Part shown: one piece after another, positions 9,746-19,513 of the stretch | Position numbering within the stretch: the first letter of the stretch is position 1 | Layout: every line of letters begins with the position of its first letter | Assembly (NCBI GenBank): GCA_041480755.1 | Contig: JBGPAO010000002.1 | Span: forward strand, 1-46,282 | Source: Bacteroidia bacterium | Lineage (GTDB): Bacteria > Bacteroidota > Bacteroidia > Bacteroidales > SM23-62 | DNA length: 46,282 nt | Direction of reading: 5' to 3' | Notes under the pieces: model-generated | What the model was told of the DNA's origin: nothing | Databases searched by the model: none | The model's input: only the letters and a program-made list of their open reading frames with translations | Program-made: the position numbers and the translations under genes

Positions 9746-11242
9746 TCAAAATGGTTGTTCAGAATCAGAAGGTCCGGGAAAGTCATCCTCATTCATCTTT
9801 GACTTTATTGTCACAGAAGCACCGGCTTGTTGTCCTGGAAGCATAGGTTGCAACGCATCAAGCTCAACAAATTTCACAAATTCATCCTTGAATCTGAGGG
9901 TTACATCCCCTACGGGGCCATTTCTGTGTTTTGCCAGAATTACTTCTGCAAGTCCGAGCAGTGAATTTCCCTTTTCATCCTCAAAAATATCATACTTTTC
10001 CGGCCGGTGAATGAACAGTACAAGGTCAGCGTCCTGTTCAAGAGCTCCTGATTCACGCAAATCGGAAAGCTGAGGTCTCTTATTCCCGGACCTCAGTTCA
10101 ATCGACCTGTTAAGCTGGGACAGGGCAATAACCGGTACCTCCAGTTCCTTGGCGATCGATTTCAGCGCTCTGGAGATTGTGCTGACTTCCTGTTCGCGGC
10201 TGCCTCTAACGTCATTGCTGCTGGTCATCAACTGCAGGTAATCAATAATGATTAACTGTATATCATACTGCACCTTCAATCTTCTGCATTTTGCCCTTAA
10301 CTCGAATACTGAGATGGCAGGTGTGTCATCAATATAAATAGGAGCATTGATAAGGCTTTTGATCTTATATTCCAGCTGTTTCCATTCATAATCTTCCAGC
10401 CGTCCGTTACGGATCCTGTTGGAAGGCAGTTCGGTTTCACTGACGATAAGACGGGTGACCAGCTGTGTGGATTCCATTTCAAGGGAAAAAAATGCAACCG
10501 GACGTTTATGATCGACTGCAATATTCCTGGCCATGGTCAGGACAAATGCTGTTTTCCCCATTGAAGGTCTTCCGGCAATTATGATCAGATCTGAATTCTG
10601 CCATCCTGAAGTAAGCCTGTCGAGCCTGGTAAATCCTGAAGGGACTCCGCTCAGGTGGTCTTCCCTCTTGGCTGCTTTCTGAATCTGGTCAAGGGCATCC
10701 TTGATCAATACATTTATCTTTGATGTTTCCTGCTTAATATTGCCTTCGGCGATCTCGAAAAGTTCGCTTTCAGCATGGTCAAGCAGATCGTTAACATCCA
10801 TTGTTTCATCATATGCCATTTTCTGGATTGCTGATGAAACGCGTATAAGTTCCCTCTGTATGTATTTCTGCTGAATGATCCTGGCATGAAATTCCAGGTG
10901 TGCTGCAGATGCAACTTTGCCTGTAAGCTGGGTTATATATAATGGACCTCCAATATCTTCAAGTTCCTTTTTCCTTTTTAATTCCTCAGTAACTGTAAGA
11001 ATGTCAATTGCCTTCTCATTGCTTGAAAGATCAATAATAGCCTGGTAAATCTTCTGATGTGCTTCCTTGTAGAAACTTTCCCTCTTAAGAATGCTGAGCA
11101 CTGAAAGAACTGCATCTTTCTCCAGCATAATTGCCCCAAGTACCGCTTCTTCAAGTTCCACAGCCTGTGGTGGTATCCTGCCATAATCAATACTTGAATC
11201 ACTGATTTTTGGTAAAGGCTGAATATTGGTCTTTAATGCCAT
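9746..11242 (-). CDS. dnaB: Replicative DNA helicase
   Basis: It has PPQAVELEEAVLGAIMLE at the N-terminus, Walker A GRPSMGKTAF, IIDYLQLM and LSQLNR motifs. Confidence 0.95.
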   Translation of the reverse strand: MALKTNIQPLPKISDSSIDYGRIPPQAVELEEAVLGAIMLEKDAVLSVLSILKRESFYKEAHQKIYQAIIDLSSNEKAIDILTVTEELKRKKELEDIGGPLYITQLTGKVASAAHLEFHARIIQQKYIQRELIRVSSAIQKMAYDETMDVNDLLDHAESELFEIAEGNIKQETSKINVLIKDALDQIQKAAKREDHLSGVPSGFTRLDRLTSGWQNSDLIIIAGRPSMGKTAFVLTMARNIAVDHKRPVAFFSLEMESTQLVTRLIVSETELPSNRIRNGRLEDYEWKQLEYKIKSLINAPIYIDDTPAISVFELRAKCRRLKVQYDIQLIIIDYLQLMTSSNDVRGSREQEVSTISRALKSIAKELEVPVIALSQLNRSIELRSGNKRPQLSDLRESGALEQDADLVLFIHRPEKYDIFEDEKGNSLLGLAEVILAKHRNGPVGDVTLRFKDEFVKFVELDALQPMLPGQQAGASVTIKSKMNEDDFPGPSDSEQPF

Positions 11243-11492
11243 ATTATAGTTTTTATATTATTAACCCTCGCATTACATAATGGATTTCCTTGACTACAAA
11301 TATCTGAATATCTGATAATTGCTGTCAATTTTACGACCCCTGCCAGAAGGGAGAACAAAGTTATGAAATGAGTCTCCATATAGTCAACTACCCGGCTTAA
11401 CTTTTTAAACAACGGATTAGAATTTTATTAACCAGCTTTGTTTAAAAATAAAGTTGCAAGTTGTATATTGCATCCTGTTTCATCCAGGTTAA

Positions 11493-12314
11493 ATGGTTAT
11501 ATTCCCAAATGCCAAGATCAACGCCGGACTTTCGGTAATCCGCAAAAGGGATGATGGTTTTCATGATATCGAAAGTGTTTTTTATCCCGTTGGATTATGC
11601 GATGCACTTGAATATTTACCGGCCGGAGATGAGCTGCCGGAAAATCCTGCACTTATAACCTATTCCGGTCCCTTCCCTGTTACCGGCAAAGATATCTGTA
11701 ATAAATTAATTGAGGTACTCAGGGAGTCATTTTCTTTCCCGGTTCTCAGGGTGCATCTGCATAAAAACATACCTGCAGGAGCAGGACTCGGAGGAGGAAG
11801 TTCAGATGCAGCTTTTCTCTTGAAATCATTGAACAACAACTATGCGTTCGGATTAAACCATGGACAGCTTGAGGAACTGGCTGGCCGGATCGGAAGCGAT
11901 TGCCCGTTCTTTATAAATAATAGGCCATGTCTGGTCACCGGAAGAGGCGAGATCCTTGAGAACATTGATTTAAATCTTAAAGGATACTATCTGGTCATAG
12001 TCTGTCCGGATATTCAGGTTAGCACAGCTGAAGCCTACAGGGAAGTTATTCCATTACTCAAATCCCCCGGTTTGCGGGAACTGGTCCGGGAAAAGGTTGA
12101 CAACTGGAAACATTTGATTATTAATCAGTTTGAAAATCCTGTTTTCAAAAAACACCCTGTGCTTAAGAAGATAAAGGAAGAATTGTATGGTATCGGGGCT
12201 GACTATGCTTCCATGACAGGAAGCGGATCTGCGGTGTACGGATTGTTCAGTTCAGAACCTGATATAAAGGGTGAATTCAACGGCTGTTTTATTCACAGGG
12301 AGCAGCTTCAATAA
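11493..12314 (+). CDS. ispE: 4-(cytidine 5'-diphospho)-2-C-methyl-D-erythritol kinase
   Basis: It has the AKINAGLSV start and the GHMP kinase motif IPAGAGLGGGSSDAA. Confidence 0.9.
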   Translation: MVIFPNAKINAGLSVIRKRDDGFHDIESVFYPVGLCDALEYLPAGDELPENPALITYSGPFPVTGKDICNKLIEVLRESFSFPVLRVHLHKNIPAGAGLGGGSSDAAFLLKSLNNNYAFGLNHGQLEELAGRIGSDCPFFINNRPCLVTGRGEILENIDLNLKGYYLVIVCPDIQVSTAEAYREVIPLLKSPGLRELVREKVDNWKHLIINQFENPVFKKHPVLKKIKEELYGIGADYASMTGSGSAVYGLFSSEPDIKGEFNGCFIHREQLQ

Positions 12315-12316
12315 TA

Positions 12317-12682
12317 CTATCCAATAGCCTGCTCCAGTTCAATCATTAAATAATCCTTGGGGACTTTTTCTCCTTCTGAAACATGGATTGCCTTAACAAT
12401 CCCTCCCTTTTCGAATAAAAGCCGGTTTTTCATTTTCATGGCGTCCAGGATAAGGATAATGTCGCCCTTATTAACCACCTGCCCCTCTTTTACAAATAAT
12501 TTCAGTACGGTTCCCGGAATATAGGATACTATCCTGTTTGGATCAGGCAATTCATACTTTTTCCGGGTTTCGAATTTATGGTTATAAAAAGTCCGGTATT
12601 TTGTTCCATCAATTATTAGCGATTTGCATCTTTGCTTTTTGTCACTGCAGATGGACTGTTTTTTTACTTTTTTTTCTGCCAT
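12317..12682 (-). CDS. Biotin carboxyl carrier protein subunit (biotinyl domain)
   Basis: The C-terminal biotinyl domain carries the biotin attachment motif (LDAMKMKN). It lies directly downstream of the carboxyltransferase gene. Confidence 0.8.
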   Translation of the reverse strand: MAEKKVKKQSICSDKKQRCKSLIIDGTKYRTFYNHKFETRKKYELPDPNRIVSYIPGTVLKLFVKEGQVVNKGDIILILDAMKMKNRLLFEKGGIVKAIHVSEGEKVPKDYLMIELEQAIG

Positions 12683-12747
12683 TGATTTGATTCCTGAATT
12701 TATTTCAATTTTTAGCCATTATCCTGATAAAATCCAATTATTTAATT

Positions 12748-14292
12748 CTAGAAAGGCGGAATACCATGTTTCTTATGCGGAAGATAAACTGACTTATTAA
12801 CTGAAACTTCAATACCATGAAGAAGCAGTTTGCGTGTTTCAGCAGGTTCAATAACTGAATCAATATAACCACGTGCTGCAGCTACATACGGATTAGCAAA
12901 TTTCTGCTTATATTCCTTGACTTTCTGGCGTCTCATTTTTTCAGGATCATCGGCAGTTGCAATTTCCTTCCTGAAAATGATATTTGCAGCACCTTCAGGT
13001 CCCATAACAGCAATTTCAGCTCCGGGCCATGCAAAAACGAAGTCAGCCCTCAGATGCCTGGATGCCATCGCTATATAACCTCCGCCATAAGCTTTACGAA
13101 GTATTACTGTAAGTTTTGGTACTGTTGCTTCACTGTATGCATAAAGCACTTTTGCACCATGCCTTATAACACCGGCGTGTTCCTGGTCTGCTCCCGGCAA
13201 ATATCCGGGAAGGTCCACAAAGGTTATAATAGGAATGTTAAATGCATCGCAATATCTGACAAAGCGTGCGGCTTTATCTGAAGAATCCACATCAAGAACG
13301 CCTGCAAGTACCAATGGCTGGTTGCCAACAAAACCAACCGTTTCTCCGCCCATGCGGCCAAATCCCACAACAATATTCTCAGCCCATTTTTTCTGCACTT
13401 CAAAAAAGTCAGAATCATCAGCCACCCCCCTGATTACATCCCTGACATCATAAGGTTGCTTTGGGTCGTTCGGGACAATATTTTCAATATCATATTCGGG
13501 TTTTGGTTCCCTTGGAGGAAATTTCTTGGCCTTCTGAAGGTTATTCAATGGTATGAAAGTAATCAGTTTTTTTATCTGCTCAAAACAATCTGCTTCAGAC
13601 TCAGAATAAAAATGCGCATTTCCTGATATTTCACTGTGAACCCTTGCACCTCCAAGATCCTCCATTGATATCTCCTCGCCAAGGACTGTTTTGATGACTT
13701 CAGGACCTGTGATAAACATCTTTGAGATGTTTTCGACAACAAAAACAAAATCGGTCAGTGCAGGTGAATAAACGGCTCCTCCGGCACATGGACCAAGAAT
13801 GACAGAGATCTGGGGTATAACTCCTGAATTAAGTGTATTCCTGAAAAATATTTCACCATAACCGGCGAGGGAATTAACTCCCTCCTGGATCCTTGCACCC
13901 CCTGAATCATTGATCCCTATAAGGGGCATTTTCATCTTCAGGGAATGGTCCATAATCTTTGTGATCTTCCTTGCGTGCATGAGCCCAAGGGATCCCCCTG
14001 CAACGGTGAAATCCTGTGCAAAAATGCATATTGGAGCACCGAATATTGTTCCTGTTCCAATAATCACACCATCACCATGAAGCGTTTTCTTATCCATGTC
14101 GAAATCACGGGCATCATGTTCGACAAATAAATCGTACTCAGTAAAGGAATTTTTGTCCACCAGCGCAATAATCCTTTCCCTGGCAGTCATTTTACCCATC
14201 GCTGTCTGCTTCTCAATGGCTTCTTCACCGCCGCCCTGAAGGATAATTTCACGCTTTTTCTTGAGTTCTTCAACTTTTTTGTCAAGTCCCAT
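12748..14292 (-). CDS. Acyl-CoA carboxylase carboxyltransferase subunit (methylmalonyl-CoA decarboxylase alpha / propionyl-CoA carboxylase beta family)
   Basis: The full length resembles PccB/MmdA (INDSGGARIQEG, GPCAGGAVYSPALTDF, AYGGGYIAM). Confidence 0.9.
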   Translation of the reverse strand: MGLDKKVEELKKKREIILQGGGEEAIEKQTAMGKMTARERIIALVDKNSFTEYDLFVEHDARDFDMDKKTLHGDGVIIGTGTIFGAPICIFAQDFTVAGGSLGLMHARKITKIMDHSLKMKMPLIGINDSGGARIQEGVNSLAGYGEIFFRNTLNSGVIPQISVILGPCAGGAVYSPALTDFVFVVENISKMFITGPEVIKTVLGEEISMEDLGGARVHSEISGNAHFYSESEADCFEQIKKLITFIPLNNLQKAKKFPPREPKPEYDIENIVPNDPKQPYDVRDVIRGVADDSDFFEVQKKWAENIVVGFGRMGGETVGFVGNQPLVLAGVLDVDSSDKAARFVRYCDAFNIPIITFVDLPGYLPGADQEHAGVIRHGAKVLYAYSEATVPKLTVILRKAYGGGYIAMASRHLRADFVFAWPGAEIAVMGPEGAANIIFRKEIATADDPEKMRRQKVKEYKQKFANPYVAAARGYIDSVIEPAETRKLLLHGIEVSVNKSVYLPHKKHGIPPF

Positions 14293-14469
14293 ATTTTTAT
14301 AATTTAATTTTCCTGTATACAGTCCAAAAATCGGAATACAACGTTACGAAATCATAAATACTTAAAAAAATATTTGTGCTTAAATTTCAATGTTTACCCA
14401 AACAAATGGCTCATAATCAATATAATACTAAAACCTGATTCTCCCGGGCAGTGGCTACAGTACAGGTAC

Positions 14470-15564
14470 CTATTTCGGGGCCATTCTGTACAATAAAAGG
14501 CTGATTACCGCATACCCCAGGTTGGGGATCCAGACTGCGAGAACCGGATTAAGACTACCGCTGATGGCGAATTGTGAAGAGAATTGCATAAAAAGGATAT
14601 ATGAAAAGGCTACAAGGAGCCCGATCCCGATTTGCATACCGATTCCTCCTTTAACCTTCCTGGATGATACAGATACCCCGATCAGCGTAAGAATAAATGT
14701 TGAGAAAGGAAAAGCATACCTCTTCTGTCTTTCAATCTGATATGACACGACATTTGATTCTCCCTGCATCTCGAGGGTTTTTATATATGCATTTAGTTCG
14801 CGGAGATTCATTGTTTCGACAAAGTTCAGCCTTCGTTTGAAATCAGCAGGCTGGATGGCTAAAGTAGTATCTATACTCTTACCTGTAGTTATCACTTCAT
14901 TCATCCCATTAATATCCCTTATGTAATAATTCCGGATCACCCACTTATTTATCGTTGAATCCCATTTGATATAGTCAGAAATAAGCTTCGAAACCAGCTC
15001 TCCGTTTACATATTTTTCCATTGAAAATTTATGTCCGATATCAGACATCGTGCTGTAGCTTTCCATATAAATATATACTCCTGGCTGTATCTGCCGGTGA
15101 ATATCCCTTTCAGTAACACTGCGCGGGGCATTATGTATATATTGTTCCTCGAAATCCAGTCTTACTATATTTGCATGAGGTATGACGAAATCGCTGAGGA
15201 TAAAGGAGAATAAAGCAATGACCAGAGCAGAAAAGAAATATGGGACCAGAAGTCTGTGAAAACTCATTCCGCTGCTGATAATTGCAATAATTTCCGAGCG
15301 GTATGCCATACGGGATGTAAAAAAAATTACCGTGATGAACGTAAACAATGAACTGAACAGGACAGCAAAGTATGGGATGAAATTGAAATAATAGTTAAAT
15401 ACTACCAGTTTCCAGGTAGCATTGTTCTCCATGAAATTGTCGATTTTCTCGGAAAGATCAAAAATGACTGAAATAGATAGTATCAATACAAGGGAAAAGA
15501 AAAAGGTGCTCAGGAATGTCCTGATAATATAAAGATCTATTATTTTAAATCTGAACTTTTTCAT
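14470..15564 (-). CDS. LptF/LptG family LPS export permease
   Basis: The YjgP/YjgQ architecture is present: three N-terminal TM helices, a periplasmic beta-jellyroll segment and three C-terminal TM helices. I prefer the MKKFRFKIIDLYIIRTF start at 15564, whose ATG overlaps the tgt TGA as ATGA. Confidence 0.8.
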   Translation of the reverse strand: MKKFRFKIIDLYIIRTFLSTFFFSLVLILSISVIFDLSEKIDNFMENNATWKLVVFNYYFNFIPYFAVLFSSLFTFITVIFFTSRMAYRSEIIAIISSGMSFHRLLVPYFFSALVIALFSFILSDFVIPHANIVRLDFEEQYIHNAPRSVTERDIHRQIQPGVYIYMESYSTMSDIGHKFSMEKYVNGELVSKLISDYIKWDSTINKWVIRNYYIRDINGMNEVITTGKSIDTTLAIQPADFKRRLNFVETMNLRELNAYIKTLEMQGESNVVSYQIERQKRYAFPFSTFILTLIGVSVSSRKVKGGIGMQIGIGLLVAFSYILFMQFSSQFAISGSLNPVLAVWIPNLGYAVISLLLYRMAPK

Positions 15565-16691
15565 AATCTTTTCGACAGCTTCTTTTTCATTTGCTCTTTC
15601 CATAATCTGAATCCTCCGTTACTGATCTGCTCCCTTATCTCACTCATCAGCCAAAAATAGAATCCAAGATTATGAATAGTAGCTATCTGAGCTCCGAGAA
15701 TCTCTTTTGATATGATCAGATGACGTAAATATGCTCTTGAATATTGCGTATCAGCAAAAGAATTTCCTGCAGGATCTACCGGTGTAAAATCATCTTTCCA
15801 TTTTTCATTTTTAATATTGATAATGCCTTCAGATGTAAAAAGCATGCCGTTCCTGCCATTTCTCGTCGGTATAACACAATCAAACAAATCTATTCCCAAT
15901 GCAACAGATTCAAGGATATTCACAGGTGTACCAACACCCATCAGGTATCTTGGTTTGGTTTCAGGCAGGATTGAAGTGGACAGTTCTACCATTGTATACA
16001 TATCTTCTTCAGGTTCACCCACTGACAATCCCCCTATTGCATTTCCGCCCATTCCTGCTGAGGCAATTTTTTCCGCTGACATTTTTCTGAGATCAGGATA
16101 GATACTGCCCTGGACTATAGGAAAGAGCATCTGCTGAAAACCATAAACAGGGTCTGTTTCATTGAAATGCTTTACCCCTCTGTCAAGCCATCTGTGCGTA
16201 AGTTCCATCGACTTCTTTGCATAGTCAGGTTCACAGGGATAAGGAGCGCATTCATCAAATGCCATAATTATGTCAGCCCCGATTGCCCGCTGATAATCGA
16301 TTATATTTTCCGGTGTAAAAAAGTGTCTGGAACCATCTATATGGGATTGGAATGTTGCTCCATCCTCAGTAAGTTTTCTCTGTGCAGCCAGTGAGAAGAC
16401 CTGGTACCCTCCGCTGTCAGTCAGGATAGACCTTTCCCAATTCATAAACCGATGCAAACCTCCTGCCATTCTGATAGTATCAATTCCCGGCCGCAGATAA
16501 AGATGGTATGTGTTTCCAAGGATTAAGCTTACATTCAGGTCGCCGGCCAGTTCGCGCTGATGTACACCCTTAACAGTAGCAGCTGTACCCACAGGTATAA
16601 AAACCGGCGTTTCTACCTTACCATGCGCCAATTCCAGCAATCCTGTCCGTGCCTTTGTCTCCGGATCCTTGCTGAGAATCCTGAAATCCAT
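15561..16691 (-). CDS. tgt: tRNA-guanine transglycosylase (queuine tRNA-ribosyltransferase)
   Basis: It has TPVFIPVGT, LTDSGGYQVFSL and GLSVGE motifs and a C-terminal zinc site region. Confidence 0.95.
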   Translation of the reverse strand: MDFRILSKDPETKARTGLLELAHGKVETPVFIPVGTAATVKGVHQRELAGDLNVSLILGNTYHLYLRPGIDTIRMAGGLHRFMNWERSILTDSGGYQVFSLAAQRKLTEDGATFQSHIDGSRHFFTPENIIDYQRAIGADIIMAFDECAPYPCEPDYAKKSMELTHRWLDRGVKHFNETDPVYGFQQMLFPIVQGSIYPDLRKMSAEKIASAGMGGNAIGGLSVGEPEEDMYTMVELSTSILPETKPRYLMGVGTPVNILESVALGIDLFDCVIPTRNGRNGMLFTSEGIINIKNEKWKDDFTPVDPAGNSFADTQYSRAYLRHLIISKEILGAQIATIHNLGFYFWLMSEIREQISNGGFRLWKEQMKKKLSKRL

Positions 16692-16708
16692 GATAAATTT
16701 TTAGGAAG

Positions 16709-16716
16709 CAAAGATA
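16709..16716 (-). promoter_or_regulatory. Putative -7 box (TATCTTTG on the minus strand) upstream of tgt
   Basis: It is a perfect TAnnTTTG, 17 nt upstream of the tgt ATG. I see no clear -33 TTTG. Confidence 0.35.
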
Positions 16717-16835
16717 CTTAATATGTGGATAATTTCTGAAGACTTATTGTATCATCCTGTTGCCGGTAAAGGAAAACTTTATAAAATTGCCTTTCTATAC
16801 ATACAGGAAATATATTGATCGCCTTCTTAAACGAT

Positions 16836-17954
16836 ATGGAGTTATCCACACAAATAGTCATTATGGCTTATTGTGCGGCATTTTTGATACAGATCCTGTT
16901 CTGGCTTGTCATCTTTTCCAGGTTAATTTTCTATAAACCTGTTAATTCTACAACAGCTAAAGAACCTGTCTCGGTCATAATCTGCGCGAGAAATGAGGAA
17001 GAGAATCTCAGGAAGAATCTGCCTGTTATACTGGAACAGGAATACCCGGATTTCGAAGTGGTGGTAATTAATGACTGCTCTGCAGATGGTACGGAAAAGT
17101 ACCTGGATAAACTCATCGAGGACTATCCTTTTCTGAAATCAACTACGATAAAGGAAGACAGGAAATTCAGGCATGGCAAAAAACTGGCGTTGACTATAGG
17201 CATCAAAGCAGCAAAGAATGATCTGTTATTATTGACCGACGCCGATTGCCGTCCGGAAAGCAGTCATTGGATTGATACGATTCAGCGGAATTTCGCTGAG
17301 GGAACATCCATCGTCCTGGGCTATGGCGGATATTCAGAAGAAAAAGGTCTTTTAAATACTATTATCCGTTTCGAGACACTTTATATCGCCTTACAATATT
17401 TAAATTATGCGCTCGCCCGATTGCCCTATATGGGAGTGGGCAGGAACCTGGCTTACAGAAAAAGCCTGTTTCTAAGTAATAAGGGATTTGCAACGCACAG
17501 TCACATCCTCTCAGGGGATGACGACCTGTTTGTAAATGAAGTGGCCAACCGCCGCAATACCAGTATCGAAATCAGTAAAGAAAGCCATACACGTTCAGAA
17601 GCAAAAAAAACCTGGAAGGAATGGTATTTTCAGAAGAAAAGGCATCTGACAACCGGGCCCGGTTATAAATTTTCGATAAAATTATTATTGTCCCTGGAAG
17701 TCCTGAGCAGGCTCATATTCTATGCCGGATTTGTTTTTCTGCTGGTTTCTGAAAGTTCAGCATATCTCGCCATAACTGTACCTTTCCTGATCCGCACCTG
17801 TATATTTCTGACAATTTTTAGAATCACAGGCTCCAGATTGAATGAAAAACATTTATTATTACCTTCGCTTTTGTTGGATTTGCTTTTACCTTTGTTTAAT
17901 ATATACATCCTTTTCTCCAACTTTGCAGAAGCCAGAAGAAACCGATGGAAATAA
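16836..17954 (+). CDS. Membrane-anchored family 2 glycosyltransferase
   Basis: It has VSVIICARNEEENL, INDCSADGT and TDADC (DxD), with an N-terminal TM helix and C-terminal TM helices. I prefer the ATG at 16836 to the TTG at 16815. Confidence 0.75.
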   Translation: MELSTQIVIMAYCAAFLIQILFWLVIFSRLIFYKPVNSTTAKEPVSVIICARNEEENLRKNLPVILEQEYPDFEVVVINDCSADGTEKYLDKLIEDYPFLKSTTIKEDRKFRHGKKLALTIGIKAAKNDLLLLTDADCRPESSHWIDTIQRNFAEGTSIVLGYGGYSEEKGLLNTIIRFETLYIALQYLNYALARLPYMGVGRNLAYRKSLFLSNKGFATHSHILSGDDDLFVNEVANRRNTSIEISKESHTRSEAKKTWKEWYFQKKRHLTTGPGYKFSIKLLLSLEVLSRLIFYAGFVFLLVSESSAYLAITVPFLIRTCIFLTIFRITGSRLNEKHLLLPSLLLDLLLPLFNIYILFSNFAEARRNRWK

Positions 17955-18544
17955 ATCCGAATCTCTCAGAAAAAGCTCTTCAGGATTATAAGCTTGTCCT
18001 AATTGCCAAACAGGGCGACCAGCAGGCTTATGCTGAACTGATGGGCAGGTACCGGGATTCAATTTATTATATGCTTCTTAAAATGGTTAACAATACCAGC
18101 GATGCCGAAGATCTGATGATCGAGGCATTTGGAAAGGCTTTTAAAAATATAGACCAGTATACACCGAGTTTTGCTTTCAGTACATGGTTGTTCAAGATTG
18201 CGACAAATAACTGTATTGATTTTATAAGGAAAAGGAGAACAAGCACAATTTCAATTGACCAGACCTCTGACGACCAGGAAACTCAGTCTATTACTATCCA
18301 GTCTGATACTCCCGATCCCGAGGAGCATATGATAATTGACCAGAAGGTCAGGATGCTGAGAGATGTGGTATCAAAACTTAAACCCCGGTATAAAACCCTT
18401 GTGGAATTAAGATATTTCAATGAATATTCATATGAAGAAATATCTGAAGAACTGGAATTGCCTATTGGAACCGTAAAAGCACAACTTTTCAGGGCAAGGG
18501 AACTGCTTTACAATATCCTGAAGTATACTGATTCCAAACATTAA
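17945..18544 (+). CDS. ECF-type sigma-70 family RNA polymerase sigma factor
   Basis: Region 2 (DAEDLMIEAFGKAF...FSTWLFKIATNNCIDFIRK) and the region 4 HTH (YSYEEISEELELPIGTVKAQLFRAR) are both present. Confidence 0.85.
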   Translation: MEINPNLSEKALQDYKLVLIAKQGDQQAYAELMGRYRDSIYYMLLKMVNNTSDAEDLMIEAFGKAFKNIDQYTPSFAFSTWLFKIATNNCIDFIRKRRTSTISIDQTSDDQETQSITIQSDTPDPEEHMIIDQKVRMLRDVVSKLKPRYKTLVELRYFNEYSYEEISEELELPIGTVKAQLFRARELLYNILKYTDSKH

Positions 18545-18566
18545 TTCTTATTGTTTCCCATAACTG

Positions 18567-19184
18567 ATGGACCTTATCAGGAAATATTTCCCTGAACTGA
18601 CCCCCGACCAGCTTTCAAAGTTTGAAAAGCTGGGGCAGATATACTACGAATGGAACAGGAAGATAAATGTCATCTCAAGACAGGACATCACTCATTTTTA
18701 TGAACGGCATTTGCTTCATTCACTGGCTGTTGCGAAAGTATTTCAATTCCCTGAACAATCACGAATCCTTGATGTTGGAACTGGCGGGGGATTACCGGGC
18801 ATTCCGCTGGCAATTTACTTTCCTGAATGTTCATTTATGCTGATAGATTCGATCGGGAAAAAAATCAATGTCGTCAGGGCTATTATCGGGGAACTGGGAC
18901 TGGATAATGTACAGTCAATGCAGATCCGGGCCGAAGACTATCGTGAAAAATTCCATTATGTTGTTGCCAGGGCAGTAACCGATCTTGATAAATTCATGAA
19001 ATGGGTCTCAAAGAACATTGATCAGGAAGATGTTAAAGATCCTGCAAATGGAGTGATCTATCTTAAAGGAGGGGATATTGAAAAAGAGATAAAACCTTTC
19101 AGAAATGTACGTGTAATTGATATTGGGGATTTCTTTAAAGAGGAATATTTTCTGACCAAGAAAATAATTTATATTCCGGTTTAA
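18567..19184 (+). CDS. rsmG: 16S rRNA (guanine527-N7)-methyltransferase
   Basis: It has the GidB family signature WNRKINVISR and the SAM motif ILDVGTGGGLPGIPLAI. Confidence 0.9.
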   Translation: MDLIRKYFPELTPDQLSKFEKLGQIYYEWNRKINVISRQDITHFYERHLLHSLAVAKVFQFPEQSRILDVGTGGGLPGIPLAIYFPECSFMLIDSIGKKINVVRAIIGELGLDNVQSMQIRAEDYREKFHYVVARAVTDLDKFMKWVSKNIDQEDVKDPANGVIYLKGGDIEKEIKPFRNVRVIDIGDFFKEEYFLTKKIIYIPV

Positions 19185-19191
19185 ATTAAAT

Positions 19192-19221
19192 TTTGCCGCT
19201 ACTAAAAAAACATTACTTTTG
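19192..19221 (+). promoter_or_regulatory. Bacteroidota-type promoter for rpmH (-33 TTTG, 18-nt spacer, -7 TACTTTTG)
   Basis: The sequence is TTTGccgctactaaaaaaacatTACTTTTG. Both consensus elements match perfectly. The -7 box ends 28 nt before the rpmH ATG. Confidence 0.6.
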
Positions 19222-19249
19222 CAGTCTGATTTAAAAGAAGCCTTTAAAA

Positions 19250-19408
19250 ATGAAAAGAACTTTTCAACCTTCAACCAGGAAAAGAAAAAACAAACATGGT
19301 TTCAGGAAAAGGATGTCGACAGTCGACGGACAGCAAGTACTGGCCAGAAGAAGGGCAAAGGGCAGGAAGAAACTCTCCGTCTCGGATGAGTCAAAACACA
19401 AAGCCTGA
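19250..19408 (+). CDS. rpmH: 50S ribosomal protein L34
   Basis: My hand translation gives [52 protein letters not shown] (52 aa), which carries the canonical L34 signature. It is absent from the ORF track because it is shorter than 60 aa. Confidence 0.9.
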   Translation: MKRTFQPSTRKRKNKHGFRKRMSTVDGQQVLARRRAKGRKKLSVSDESKHKA

Positions 19409-19427
19409 CAAGATATTCAATAAAAAA

Positions 19428-19466
19428 GGGGCTGTATCCCACAAGTTGTGATACAGCCCCTTTTTT
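19428..19466 (+). terminator. Rho-independent terminator after rpmH
   Basis: An 11-bp perfect stem (GGGGCTGTATC / GATACAGCCCC) has an 11-nt loop and is followed by TTTTTT. An A-run precedes it, so it may work in both directions. Confidence 0.8.
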
Positions 19467-19513
19467 ATTCTCTCTAATATTATAGTATTTTTATAAGGCC
19501 ATTTATGTAAATC

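Noticed and set aside
9150-10010. A 286-aa ORF on the plus strand spanning the rmuC/dnaB junction.
   Set aside because: It is antisense to two well-supported genes. Its translation is Ser/Leu/Phe-rich low complexity, as expected from reading the complement of Lys/Glu-rich coiled-coil codons. The same reasoning applies to the other antisense ORFs in the track, for example 1888..2316, 27105..27542, 28366..28758 and 39895..40326.
14293-14469. The intergenic region upstream of the carboxyltransferase gene, examined for a promoter, terminator or riboswitch.
   Set aside because: There is no perfect TAnnTTTG on the minus strand. The CCCGGG-centred palindrome has no loop, and nothing here is supportable.
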